Positions 50,027 through 60,633 of a stretch of DNA of 64,000 nucleotides are shown here, piece after piece. The notes below the pieces were generated by a model that saw only the letters and a program-made list of their open reading frames with translations, was not told where the DNA came from and did not search any database. The DNA comes from Azolla caroliniana (taxonomy: Eukaryota > Plantae > Polypodiophyta): positions 17,484,001 to 17,548,000 of the forward strand of contig JBHGNT010000016.1 in NCBI GenBank assembly GCA_043228905.1, in the 5' to 3' direction. Position numbers and translations under genes: made by a program. Position 1 is the stretch's first letter. Each line of letters starts with the position of its first letter.

Positions 50027-52654
50027 ATGCATAAATTAATATCTTTAAAACATATTTCTGTATCGTCTGTATCGCCAAAACAACGGAAACGAGTTCAGAT
50101 ATCGAAACAGTCTGAGCCTCCTTCGTGCCCTAGATCGCCCAAACTCTGTTTTTCTGATTTTCATCGCTACAGAAACTGTGCAGATCTGCAACTGTCATCG
50201 ACAAGTGATTCAGAACAAGGAAACACAGAAGTCATGCCGATTCCTGTTTCTGACGAACTGCGATTGTGGCTTCATGAGAGAAACTTACAAGGTTTCATCA
50301 AAATAGCAGAAGCGGAACCTCATCCGCAGGCGGAGGAATTGGTACAACAAATAGACATCACCAAAATCACAACAAAGAAAATACGACATGCATTACAGAT
50401 GCCAAGAGGAGGTTTTGAGGCAGTTAAAAAACCTTCATCAGAAGCACTCCAATCGTATTTCGGGGAATACTCACCCTCGGCAAAAGCATATCAGACTTAT
50501 GGAGGTCGGGATGAGTTTTTTCATGAAGTGGCGAGGTTTTTACTAGAGGTGGGATTTGTCAGTCCTCGTTTTTATTGTATGCCGAAAAAAAGGGCTGGGT
50601 TTATTATAGCCGCATATGAAAAAGAGGATTTCAACTGGCCACTATTGTCGGGGGAAGCTCTGAGAGAGCAGCTACAAGGGGTAAAAACAGGAAAACCGAT
50701 GAAACAAATTTTTGGCCGTTGGTTATCAGTATTGTTTCCGATTCAAGAATCGGAAACTCCTGTTCAGTCAAGAAGACCACCGATAATACAAGCACCACGA
50801 AGACACCGACAGCTAGTACATGAAGAATGGATAGAAGAAGAATCGGCACATGCCGATAATATACAAACAAATATGTCTCAGTCGGAACCACCTAGACCAG
50901 AGAATTCCGAAAACAGACAACCAGAAACAGTTGACAATTTGAGAAACAAGCAACAGCCAACAGAAAATCGACAAAGAACAAGGATTAAACAAAAAGCTAA
51001 TCGGCAATTCCAACCAGAAAACAGGGAGGGATCAGCACCAAAAAGGCAACGCACAAATGAAAACTCGAATACGCCTGTGGTAACAGAAGTACTAAAACCA
51101 GGGGATGAGAGCATTTCGACACAACCTCACCAAGGACAATCTTCAAAAGTAGCCATTCGGGAAGCACATGGATACTTGGATATCCCACCAGCAGCACATG
51201 AATTAGCGGCCATTTTGCAGTTCGGAACTTCATACGAACTGGTTGAATGGTTGGCTAAAAGACTGACAGAAGTATCAGAACGGCTGGCTCAAGAACATAA
51301 TGACCGAATAATGATACAGAAAGCTTTACGAGGAGTGTTGGAACCTCAAGAAAAAGCAGAGATAGAGAAAATAGGCCGGAAAAGAAGTGCACAGCATAGA
51401 GGGGAGGCTATTGAAATGCCACCATTACACGAAGCACTGGTCGAAATTCATAAAGAATATGAAACGGCACGCAAAGCAGCCAGTGATATGGCTGAAAGAT
51501 ACAAAAGTGTATCAGCATCGGCGGAGGTGCTGAAGCATCAGTTTTGTAACATACAAGCAGAAAATAAAGAACTAAAGGAAAGTCTAAACAAATGGGAAAC
51601 ACAGGCACGGCTTATGGTGTCGGAATCAGAATGGCAACAGAAATTAGAGGATACTGAGAAAGCACGACAAGCAGAAACAACAAGGGCCAACAATGCAGTA
51701 TTTCGAACTATAGAATTAGAAAAACAATTAGAAACCATTCAGAATGATCAATACAAAGCTCTCGAAGAAAAAAATCAAGTAATAAACGAATTACAGAAAA
51801 ATCTAGAAGAAGCTAAGACGGCCAATCATACATATACCGAACAAATTGAAGAATTCGAAAGGTATATAGTGTCACAGGAAAGTCAATTGACAGAAAAACA
51901 GCAGAGTCTTGAAGAAGTCAACAGAAGAATGACGGAACAGCAGGAGGAATGGAGTAGAGAGAAATCGGCATTCGAACAACAACTGGACGAAATTCGGAAG
52001 ATAGCGGAACAAAGGCGGCTGGATATATATGTAGTCGAATCCAAATTAATGCGAGCTGAAAGTGAGAACCGAACCACTATTACGGATTTACAGAAAGAGT
52101 TGCAAACCGCCCAGTACGTTGCAAGCATCACTAGGGACAAAGTGCAGCACATCATAGGTAAACATCGAAACCTAGCAAAGAAACTGATTGATGAATCCCT
52201 TGCGCAAGGATGGAAATTATGGACAGCACAAGCGGCGGAATTACAGATATTGCGTGCCGACAAAAATAACCGTCAGGTACAAGGTGCAGGTTTTTTTAAA
52301 ATGGCACAAAAGGATATTGACAATATCCAAGAGGATATCATGAAAGATATGGATGAAATTGCGGCATTTTACAGAGAAGAAATTCAACGTATTATGCAAG
52401 AATTCGACAAAAATGATATAGGCACTTCCGTCCAGTTGGATAAAATCGAAGCCGAAAGAACCAGCAAGACTCCTGGTATTCAAGCTGCCGGAAGAAGTGA
52501 ACCAGAGCAGCCAACCGAAGCACAACCTGCTCCGAAGGAGGACTGTGACACAGACGAAGATGAAGAAGAAGATATAGGTGGAATACATCCAAGGCCAGAT
52601 GAACCTTCGATTTTTGATATTCTGAACGATTCGGATGAAGAGCTACAGGAATAG
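50027..52654 (+). CDS. ORF2: 875-aa accessory protein (globular N-domain, long coiled coil, acidic tail)
   Basis: Intact sense ORF after pol, conserved in two diverged relatives in this window; the true start may be MPIPVS at 50234. Confidence 0.88.
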   Translation: MHKLISLKHISVSSVSPKQRKRVQISKQSEPPSCPRSPKLCFSDFHRYRNCADLQLSSTSDSEQGNTEVMPIPVSDELRLWLHERNLQGFIKIAEAEPHPQAEELVQQIDITKITTKKIRHALQMPRGGFEAVKKPSSEALQSYFGEYSPSAKAYQTYGGRDEFFHEVARFLLEVGFVSPRFYCMPKKRAGFIIAAYEKEDFNWPLLSGEALREQLQGVKTGKPMKQIFGRWLSVLFPIQESETPVQSRRPPIIQAPRRHRQLVHEEWIEEESAHADNIQTNMSQSEPPRPENSENRQPETVDNLRNKQQPTENRQRTRIKQKANRQFQPENREGSAPKRQRTNENSNTPVVTEVLKPGDESISTQPHQGQSSKVAIREAHGYLDIPPAAHELAAILQFGTSYELVEWLAKRLTEVSERLAQEHNDRIMIQKALRGVLEPQEKAEIEKIGRKRSAQHRGEAIEMPPLHEALVEIHKEYETARKAASDMAERYKSVSASAEVLKHQFCNIQAENKELKESLNKWETQARLMVSESEWQQKLEDTEKARQAETTRANNAVFRTIELEKQLETIQNDQYKALEEKNQVINELQKNLEEAKTANHTYTEQIEEFERYIVSQESQLTEKQQSLEEVNRRMTEQQEEWSREKSAFEQQLDEIRKIAEQRRLDIYVVESKLMRAESENRTTITDLQKELQTAQYVASITRDKVQHIIGKHRNLAKKLIDESLAQGWKLWTAQAAELQILRADKNNRQVQGAGFFKMAQKDIDNIQEDIMKDMDEIAAFYREEIQRIMQEFDKNDIGTSVQLDKIEAERTSKTPGIQAAGRSEPEQPTEAQPAPKEDCDTDEDEEEDIGGIHPRPDEPSIFDILNDSDEELQE

Positions 52655-52698
52655 GCGTGGGTTCGCCGGACAAGGTCCTGGCCCACGTGCGTGCCAAG
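52655..52698 (+). other. tRNA-3'-half-like element at the PPT position
   Basis: GCGTGGGTTCG-CCGGACAAGGTCCTGG-CCCACGTGCGTGCCA-AG directly before the 3' LTR; no purine tract. Confidence 0.8.
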
Positions 52699-53154
52699 TG
52701 TTACCCGGACCCGGACAGTCAGTTTTACCGAACAGGTGGGAAAGCGTCGAAAAACAGAGTCGGTTCGGATCGACTGTTCGGATCAATGACTCAGCAGTAA
52801 AACGAAGAGAACTAAGTTAGTTAGATAATTTTGTAAATCTTGTTAGAGAGTAGGAATAGTTCTTGATGAGAAAAGACCTTCGGTATACCTATAAAAGGGA
52901 ACCAAAGGCATTGTAAGAAAGGTCGTTTTATTTAGTAATATAAGTTTAAGTTAGGAATATCTTGTACGGATTCTGTGTTTCTCTGTTGTCTATGATCTTC
53001 AGTGCAAGCTTCCTAATTTATAGCTAAATAACGATCACGATAATTACTGATTAATATAGCAATTCCGTTCGTAAAACACAATTCCTTGTTAGAACGTTGA
53101 GTAGCGACGTTCACTCTTCTGTATCGGTAGTAGTTAGTAATTAGCCGATTAACA
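52699..53154 (+). repeat. 3' LTR (456 bp)
   Basis: Matches the 5' LTR copies; only one C/T difference from LTR1/2 noticed. Confidence 0.97.
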
Positions 53155-55620
53155 AATAGCGGGTATGCACCTTGTGCCTGTAATTGTAGCACTACTTCCG
53201 AGATGTGAAATGTATGACCGCCAACGGTGACTTCTAATTTTCGTATTAATCCTGTCGGCCGCACTGAGCTTGTATCGGCCATCCGTAACCAGAACGGACA
53301 CGGCTCCCACTCGTGGATTCCCAGGGCATCACACATCCGGAGGCTTATTACATTCACCCCGGAGCCTCCATCTATAACTGTGTCAGGGAGTTCTTTCCCT
53401 TTGACAATGGCAGTGATTACCGGACTGTTGGTGTCCACCACCGTTGGTCCCTCCTCCGAATTCGAGAAGAGTACCGGTGCCGGTGATGATTCTCCTGCCG
53501 TCATGGCCGTCTTCAGTCCTTCCATGAATCTTGGCATGAGCTGTAGGAGTCTTCCTAGTGGCAGCGTAATCTGGCATTCTTGCAACGCCAGCCATGTCTC
53601 GTTCTCGGAGTGACTACCGCCGGCAAGCCCTACGGTATTCTCCTTTTGCCACTGTAAGTCTGTGACATTTTACTTGTTTGCTTTTTTCACCCATTCCGTC
53701 GCTTGCTTCCGGATGGTCTCCTGCGTCTCCCATTCCTTGGCGATGCCCTTCGACCTTGTGGTCACCTGTTATAGATCTGCCACTTCAGGGACTACCATAT
53801 TTACTGCCAGTCGTTTGTCATAGCTCTTCATTGGGCATTGATTACTATAATGGCCTTCTTGTCGGTAGTAGTAGCAGTAGGCTTTCCGGGTATTGCTGGA
53901 TTCGGCATTGTCTGTTGTAGCCGAGGCAGGTCCCGTAGTAAGCGCGGGGTTTTGGGCTGGTTGGCTGCTTGAAGCTCCTTGTTCCGAATCCCGTGGGTAG
54001 CCGCCTTTTCTGAAATGCCGTTTTTTGTTATAGTTCTTCTTATTGCAGTACTCTTGACGAGGTTGGTCGTTATATCTTCCGTATTCCTCCTATTGCTGAC
54101 GATACCCGGGGGAGTGCTCCCGGTCGTAATGTTCGTATCGTTTATTGTAATCCCGGTACCGATCATATCTATCAAGCCGGTCGTAGTTATCCCGCCGATC
54201 ACCATACCGGACATCATTCTCCCGTCGATCACCATACCAAACATCTTGTGCTGGTCAGTTGCGGTCCATTCGCCGCCACCATTCCTCTTCTTCATCCCGG
54301 CTGCTGCGTGGCTCTATTTGTCGGACGGGCGATGCTTGCCGGTTCAATAGATTATACTCGCACCTATCCATCGTATGGCCATTGGATTGACAGATTACAC
54401 ATTGCGTCCTCATAGTGCATTCTAGTGCCGAGTGTCTGGAATTCAAGCAAGTTGTGCACTGTATTGCTTGCCGAAACCGGAGGTCTTCATCGGACGGTAA
54501 CGCCCGTTGGAGTGCTCCCAGTGTGAGCCAGGAGCTTGTCTTTTCCATCTCTCTCACCCAGTCAATGACCTGGTCGATGGTACTTGTGCGGAAGTCAATT
54601 ACCGTGCAAACCATGCGTAGGGGTTCCCGGAGCGCATTTAGGAATATAGTCCGTAATTCCTCCTCCAGGGGTGCGCGGGCAAGTTGACTATGCATCCGTT
54701 GAAACCGGATGACAAACTAGGGAATGCTCTCCCCTGCCTCCTGTCGGATGGTATAAAATAAGCCCACCATTACTGTTTGGTCCACCTCCTTTTGGAAAAA
54801 ATGCAAGAATTTAGCTTTTAAATCTGCGAAGGTGGTGATGGTAGACGGGTCCTGCGTCCGGCGCCATGTCGCTATCGGTCCCTCCAATGTGACGCCAAAT
54901 TTTGCTATCTTAGAGCGTTCCTCTTCTTCCGGGGTCAATCGCTGGGACACATGGTTTGCTTCCCATGTCTGTTCAAAGGCGTGAACATGAGCTTCCGCGT
55001 CCGGATCATCTCTATACTTGGAGTACTGGAACGACATGTCGTCGTCCGGTATCGGTGCGCGGGCTTGGTGGTCGTTCCTGGTTTTTCTCAGGTGTCGGTG
55101 GTCTTTCCTGATTTGTTTCCGGCATCGGTGGTCTTTCCTCTTCTTTTGGTGATGGAGGCCTCTCCTCCTCGACTTCCGGTGTCGGAGGTCGCTTTGCCTC
55201 TGCTTGTTCCGGAGGTTCCAACCTTAGCAATTCCGGTTCCAGGGTCAGTAAGGTGTCTGATCCTTCGTCCTCCGGTCCGCCCAAGGTTTCGTTGCTGCTA
55301 CGGTAGTTCGTGTGCACACTATATTCCCCTTCGGAATCCGATTCATATGCTGAAAAGGCTTCTGCTTCGCCTTCTCCGCTCGCCCACGCCTTGAGAAGGG
55401 ATTCGGTTTCCTGGACGCTTCTTAGGCTGCTGTCGTCGTCCGGGTGCGATGTTTGTTGTAACCAGAGGGACTCCTGTGCTACTCTCCGGATTATGTTGGA
55501 AAACGAGCGATCCGCTCTAATTTCCTGTGCCGCTTGATGGAAAGCCTCACGTCTCCTTTGCCTTTCGGCAAGGCGTCGAGTTCAATCTGTAACCAAGTCG
55601 TGTGTTGATCTAGCCATCCA
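53155..55620 (-). pseudogene. Host element gag/protease
   Basis: DPDAEAHV, CTTCLNSRH..C, VIDGGSGVNVI, CPFWLRMAD, homologous to the 44344 ORF. Confidence 0.9.
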
Positions 55621-56605
55621 TTCGTGCCGCCGTTCGCTGCAAAAACAGGAATCGTGGCCGCCAAAAACTGTGTTAACTCTTAGGGCCGGACAATGGCCTA
55701 ACACAGGGTGTCTACGGAAGACACTTCACCAAAGGGGTGTTACGGCAATAGGATTAGACTCAACGATTAATCCGACTTAATTAGGCTACTTAGCAAGATC
55801 GTCCTTAATAATCACACGCATAAGATATAACAATGAATGCAGAACGACAATTAAAATAGAGAGATAAAAAATACTAAGCTTCATTAATTATCCGCCTCTC
55901 ATTACATTGTATCCAAGCCTTTAAATATGTTTCCGGTCTGTAGTACAAAACGGTGCCATCCGCACCTGTTCGGGATCGGTCCGGATCCGGAACGGCACAC
56001 CGATTCCGGTCCGTCCGTCCACACTCATAGCTTACTTACAACCATTCCTAATAATTAATTAACTCCTCCGTTGCACACTCATAGCTTCTTTGCCGGCCGG
56101 TAACACCGCCATGTCCACCATGACCATGGGGCCTATCAACCTCCATGCACAACATCTTGTTATCAGTGTGCGTGCTTGTTGATGCACTCGTATGGTTCTC
56201 CTCTACAAGGAGCATCGACTACAAGTCAAAGAAGGATGATGGCTTCTCCCTTGTGCAAATGCCTGTCTGAAAAGGCCCCCTATTTCTATGCTAAACCAGC
56301 AAGACGGATTTGCACCATCTCGTCTTCATCTACAGAAATGTTGATGGATCCCAACGAGTCACAATTCAGTTTGATCTTGGTGGTGTGGTTAGTGATCAAC
56401 ATACCTTCTTGCTACATGTTGTTGAGCTCTTGTCTGAGCTGCAACTTGCGGGCTATGGTGTTGACGACAAAGATCGTCTTCAAATTCCCTCAAGCATCCT
56501 TCTGCAACATTCCGTCCCTGATATAGCTGAGCATCTGTTCACTCATACAAGACACAAAGTAGTACAAGACTCGGATTGTTGCTTTCGGAAGTCTCTATGT
56601 GACGG

Positions 56606-56954
56606 TGTCGTGAAGATCCGCCACTACGCGTGAATCGTGAGGCGGAACCGCCGGGGTTCTGGACCGGAAGGATTCGACGTTTGCACAAGCTTTAACGAGA
56701 AAGTATTTAAGATAGATTGAAAGAGAGAGATTGAGATTAAGATTCCAATTTTAAAACAGATTCAGAATGATTGAAATAGAAAGAGAGATTAAGATTGAAC
56801 TCTTGATTTTAGATTTGAAGAACAAGGAATATCATCAAATTGATAACGAATTTTCTTCTTAATATTAATTTTGATTTAAAGTACAAAGCTTGCTTGATAA
56901 AAATACCCTTTTTCTTGATTCCTCCACTCTTTTATAGATACCCCCATGCATATG
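56606..56954 (+). repeat. Diverged TGTCG-family 5' fragment
   Basis: TGTCGTGAAGAT...CGTGAA..TGAGGCGGA.CC..GGGG...GACCGGAAG, preceded by ACGG. Confidence 0.6.
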
Positions 56955-59939
56955 TGTTGAGCAGCAAGCTCAACCAGATCCGAATCGGCTGAATAAGCCT
57001 GAGCCAGATCGGCATCCGGAAGGATGAGCCAAATCGGTGAGCAAGTGAGCCGGTGAGCTGGGGAGCCGGTTAGCCGAATCCATCACTAACCGAAAGCCTA
57101 GTAGTAGCCTAGACTACTAGGTAGTTAATGTCTCATAGTTAGTGTCAGACGCTTGTGTGAGCATTGAAGTACACCGTACTTCTGTCAGTCTGCATGGACT
57201 TGTATAAAAGTGTTCACTGAACACATACAATGTACAGATTGAGTATTATTTTGAATTGAGTTTTCTGTGTGCTCTCTCTCTGTCTCTCCCGTGTAATGTA
57301 TATATTCTAAGCTCTCCATTAAACCTGTGTTTTTGTGTTCGGTTTTCTATTTCTTTCGCATGGTATTCTTTTACATGGTATCAGAGTGTGAGGGTTGAGA
57401 ACCTCTCCAACCGACATAGCTTAAAAGGAAAACCAACCAAGAAAAACAGGTAAAACCGATGGATAGAGGTAGGGCTAGCTCGCTTCCAACGGAGAAGCTC
57501 GACAGAAACAACTACGCATCTTGGTCCTACAAGATGCACCAGTACCTGCTCGGGCACGGTTATTGGAGCTATGCCAACGGAGCAAATGACATAGCACCCG
57601 AATCGACACACAGAGATTTCCCGGTGTTGGAACAGTCGGCGAGCAGAGTACTGTACTACTTCACATCTTGTGTGGGCGAACAACTCCTACGCTACATTCG
57701 AGATGCAAAAACACCGAAAGATGCTTGGGGAGATCTGAAGAAGATTTTCGCCACAAGCACTACAGCCACGAAGCTTCAACTCCGACAGGAGCTGAGCAAC
57801 CTACGACAACGCAACTTGTCGGTGGCAGACTACACCTCCAAAATCAAGGACATTTGTGACTCTTTGGCTTCCATCGATGTGAATATCGAAGAAGCCGATA
57901 TGGTGCAAATCTATCTCGGAGGTTTGGCGTCAAAGTTCGGAGCGCTCCGAACTGCTATGTGTACAAGGGAGAATACGCCGTCATTTTTCGACTTACAGTC
58001 GATGCTCCTTGTAGAGGAGAACCACGCCGGTGCGTCAACAAGTGCACCCACCGATAGCCAGATGTTGTACACGGAAGCGGATCAGCCCCGTAGGTGTGGT
58101 GGACGAGGCGGGTCAGCCCGCAATGGTAGGGGCCAGCAAGAGCAAGACCGAAGGCAAAGAGAATGTGCTGACAGCAGCTCCGGACCCTCCACAAGCACTT
58201 GGAGTCAAGGCGGCGCCAAAGGCCGGCAAGCAAAGGCCGAATGGAATGCTGGTACTGTGGTAGAAAGGGCCACAGAGAAAGCGAGTGTTCGAAGAAGCAC
58301 GCCAATTCGGACAGATCCAGATCTGGCAAGGCCGGTAGAGAGAATCGACAATACTCGCACTACACAGAAGGATTGGGAGGATCCAAAACCGGGAAAGCCA
58401 GTAATGGGCCAGCCTTGGTGATGAAACACGAGGCTAACTTGATGAAGAAGACCACTTCCGGATCGGAGGAAGTGTGGTACATTGATTCTGGTGCGTCGAA
58501 TCACATGATGAGCTACAAAGAGTGGTTCTCTTTCTTGGAGAAACCGGAACAACCGGGAGTCGTCGAAACCGGAGACGACACTCCTCACCCAATCGTGCAC
58601 ATCGGAGAAGTCCCTTTGAGCCATGTTGGACAAAAGGGGAAGCTGATGAACGTATTACACATTCCGACTATCACAAAGAACTTGGTGTCAGTCGGTCAGA
58701 TTGTTGACTAGGGGATGCAGGTGCGGTTTATGCACCTTGGGTGCTTCATCGAGGAAGAGGGCCAGATTATTGCACAAGGGCGCAGAGACGGGAGGATGTT
58801 CATCCTCAACACCAATGACGGCGACACCGCTTTGTTCACCAAAGGACAGAAGATTGAATCAGACATCGATCTCTGGCACAAACGGATCGGCCACGTCAAT
58901 TACCGGAGGCTTCAAGACCTGCAAACGAAACAAGTTGTTTTCGGTTTGCCGAAGTTCAGTGGCCGGAAGGCCCAAATATGTGAAGCCTGCCAACTCGGGA
59001 AGCAATACAGGCTTCCATTCCCCACCGAACGAAACCATAGCCGTAACAAGCTCGACCTTATTCATTCGGATGTATGGGACCGGCACAGAACGTTAGTCTT
59101 GGCGGGAGTCGGTATTTCGTCTCCTTCATCGACAACTACAGTCAGCACACATGGATCTACCTCATTGAGCAGAAGAGCGAAGTCTTCGAGTGTTTCCGGA
59201 ACCTGCAAAACCTGGTTGAATGGGAAACGGAGAGGAAGATCAAGTGCCTACGGTCGGATGGCAAAAAAGAATATTTTTCCAGCCAATTCAACAGTTATCT
59301 ACAGCAAAAAGGAATTCGGAGAAAGTTCAGCTGCAGATACACACCGGAGCAAAATGGTGTGGCCGAAAGGAAGAACCGGTCGATTGTCGATGCGGCAAGA
59401 GCAATGCTGGAGGAGAAGAGCATGCCCCATTTCTACTGGGCTGAGGCGGTCCAGACGACCATCTATATCCAAAACCAGATCGGTGACAAAGTGTCCACGC
59501 ATGAACTGTATTTTGGGCGCAAGCCGAATCTAAGACACCTTCGGATATTCGGTAGCATTGCATATGTGCATGTGCCAGATGAGAAGCGGAGGAAGTTGGA
59601 TGCAAAGTCGGAGAAATGCATCCCGGTCAGTTACTCGCATGAGCAAAACGGGTATAAGTGTTATAACCCCCGGACGAACAGGTCTGAGTTAGCCGGGATG
59701 TTGGGTTTGATGAGACGGCATCATGGTATGCCTTACCGGCTCCGACTTCCGACCCCAACCCGATACCGGAGGATTAGGGTAGTGAGCCTAAACCGGTCCA
59801 AATAGAAGATGAAGACCTCGGCACTCGAGAAGAGAGTCTGATCTCATTTCGGTTAAGTGGACCGAATGAGCGGCTGGGTTGGGATGACCAGTCGGATGAG
59901 GAACCGGTGAGTAATGGAGACTCTGCCGTGCTCTCCCCT
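56955..59939 (+). mobile_element. Copia family-A 5' half: LTR 56955-57375, iMet PBS, frameshifted gag-PR-IN
   Basis: TGGTATCAGAG at 57376; CWYCGRKGH..C, WYIDSGAS, LWHKRIGH, LIHSDVW, EQNGVAER. Confidence 0.92.
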
Positions 59940-60284
59940 TGTAGGAACCGAGGAGATGGTTCACACGCAAAGAATGTTGGGATTTCGGTCCCTTCAGATG
60001 GGATGGTCGGATGTCGGAGACCAAAGTCGACAAGCCCGGTTTCGGTTTCGGAACCGGATGATGAAGACCCCGACTTCTGAGTCGGATGACGAATGTACCC
60101 GAAGAAGAGATCCGGATGCAGGGACATATCCGTGAATATGTCTGCTTAGGGCCTCTCTGAGGCTATAGTTGTAAATAGCCCTAAAGTCATATATGTATAA
60201 ATATGACTTAGGGCAAACAGTTTTATGTTGCTTCTCATTTTTCTGTTTTTTCCACTCAAGAGGAGTGAAGAGAGAGAGCAGCCG

Positions 60285-60315
<31 letters not shown>

Positions 60316-60604
60316 CGCGAGAGAGAAAGAGGACGACGCCTCTGTGTATTTCCGCCACCTGTGGCGAGGACAGCGAGCTCAAGGTCGTCGCCTTGGAGCT
60401 CGCCACTGTATACTTCTCTTGTATAGTGCTGTTTGGAGTCTTGTACTCCCGTGATTTTTCCCATCTAGGGTTTTCCACGTTAAATCCCTGTGTGCTCGTG
60501 TTTTGTTTCTTTCTCCGTGTGGTTCCTATATTCTGCTTCATTGATCAGCGATTACTCGGTTGTGGCCGAGTGGCGAAGGTGAATATAAGCGTCTATTCCT
60601 TGCA
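59940..60604 (+). repeat. 5' LTR of a nested copia element B
   Basis: TGTAGG...CTTGCA with a TATA-like region and GA repeat; PBS TGGTATCAGAGC at 60608-60619. Confidence 0.8.
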
Positions 60605-60633
60605 AACTGGTATCAGAGCGACTGTTGCAGAAA

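Larger units (their letters stand above)
42865..53154 (+). mobile_element. Intact young non-chromovirus Ty3/gypsy element with three tandem 5' LTRs and ORF2
   Basis: TSD AATAG (42860-42864 and 53155-53159) splits the host protease motif GAYPLLLGRPW; LTRs almost identical; uninterrupted ORFs. Confidence 0.97.
35831..56105 (-). mobile_element. Full-length decayed non-chromovirus Ty3/gypsy element (host) with ORF2
   Basis: 435-bp LTRs 35831-36265 and 55671-56105 (about 20 mismatches by eye); TSD CCGCC; PBS-like TGGCGGCCACG on the minus strand near 55654-55664. Confidence 0.93.
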
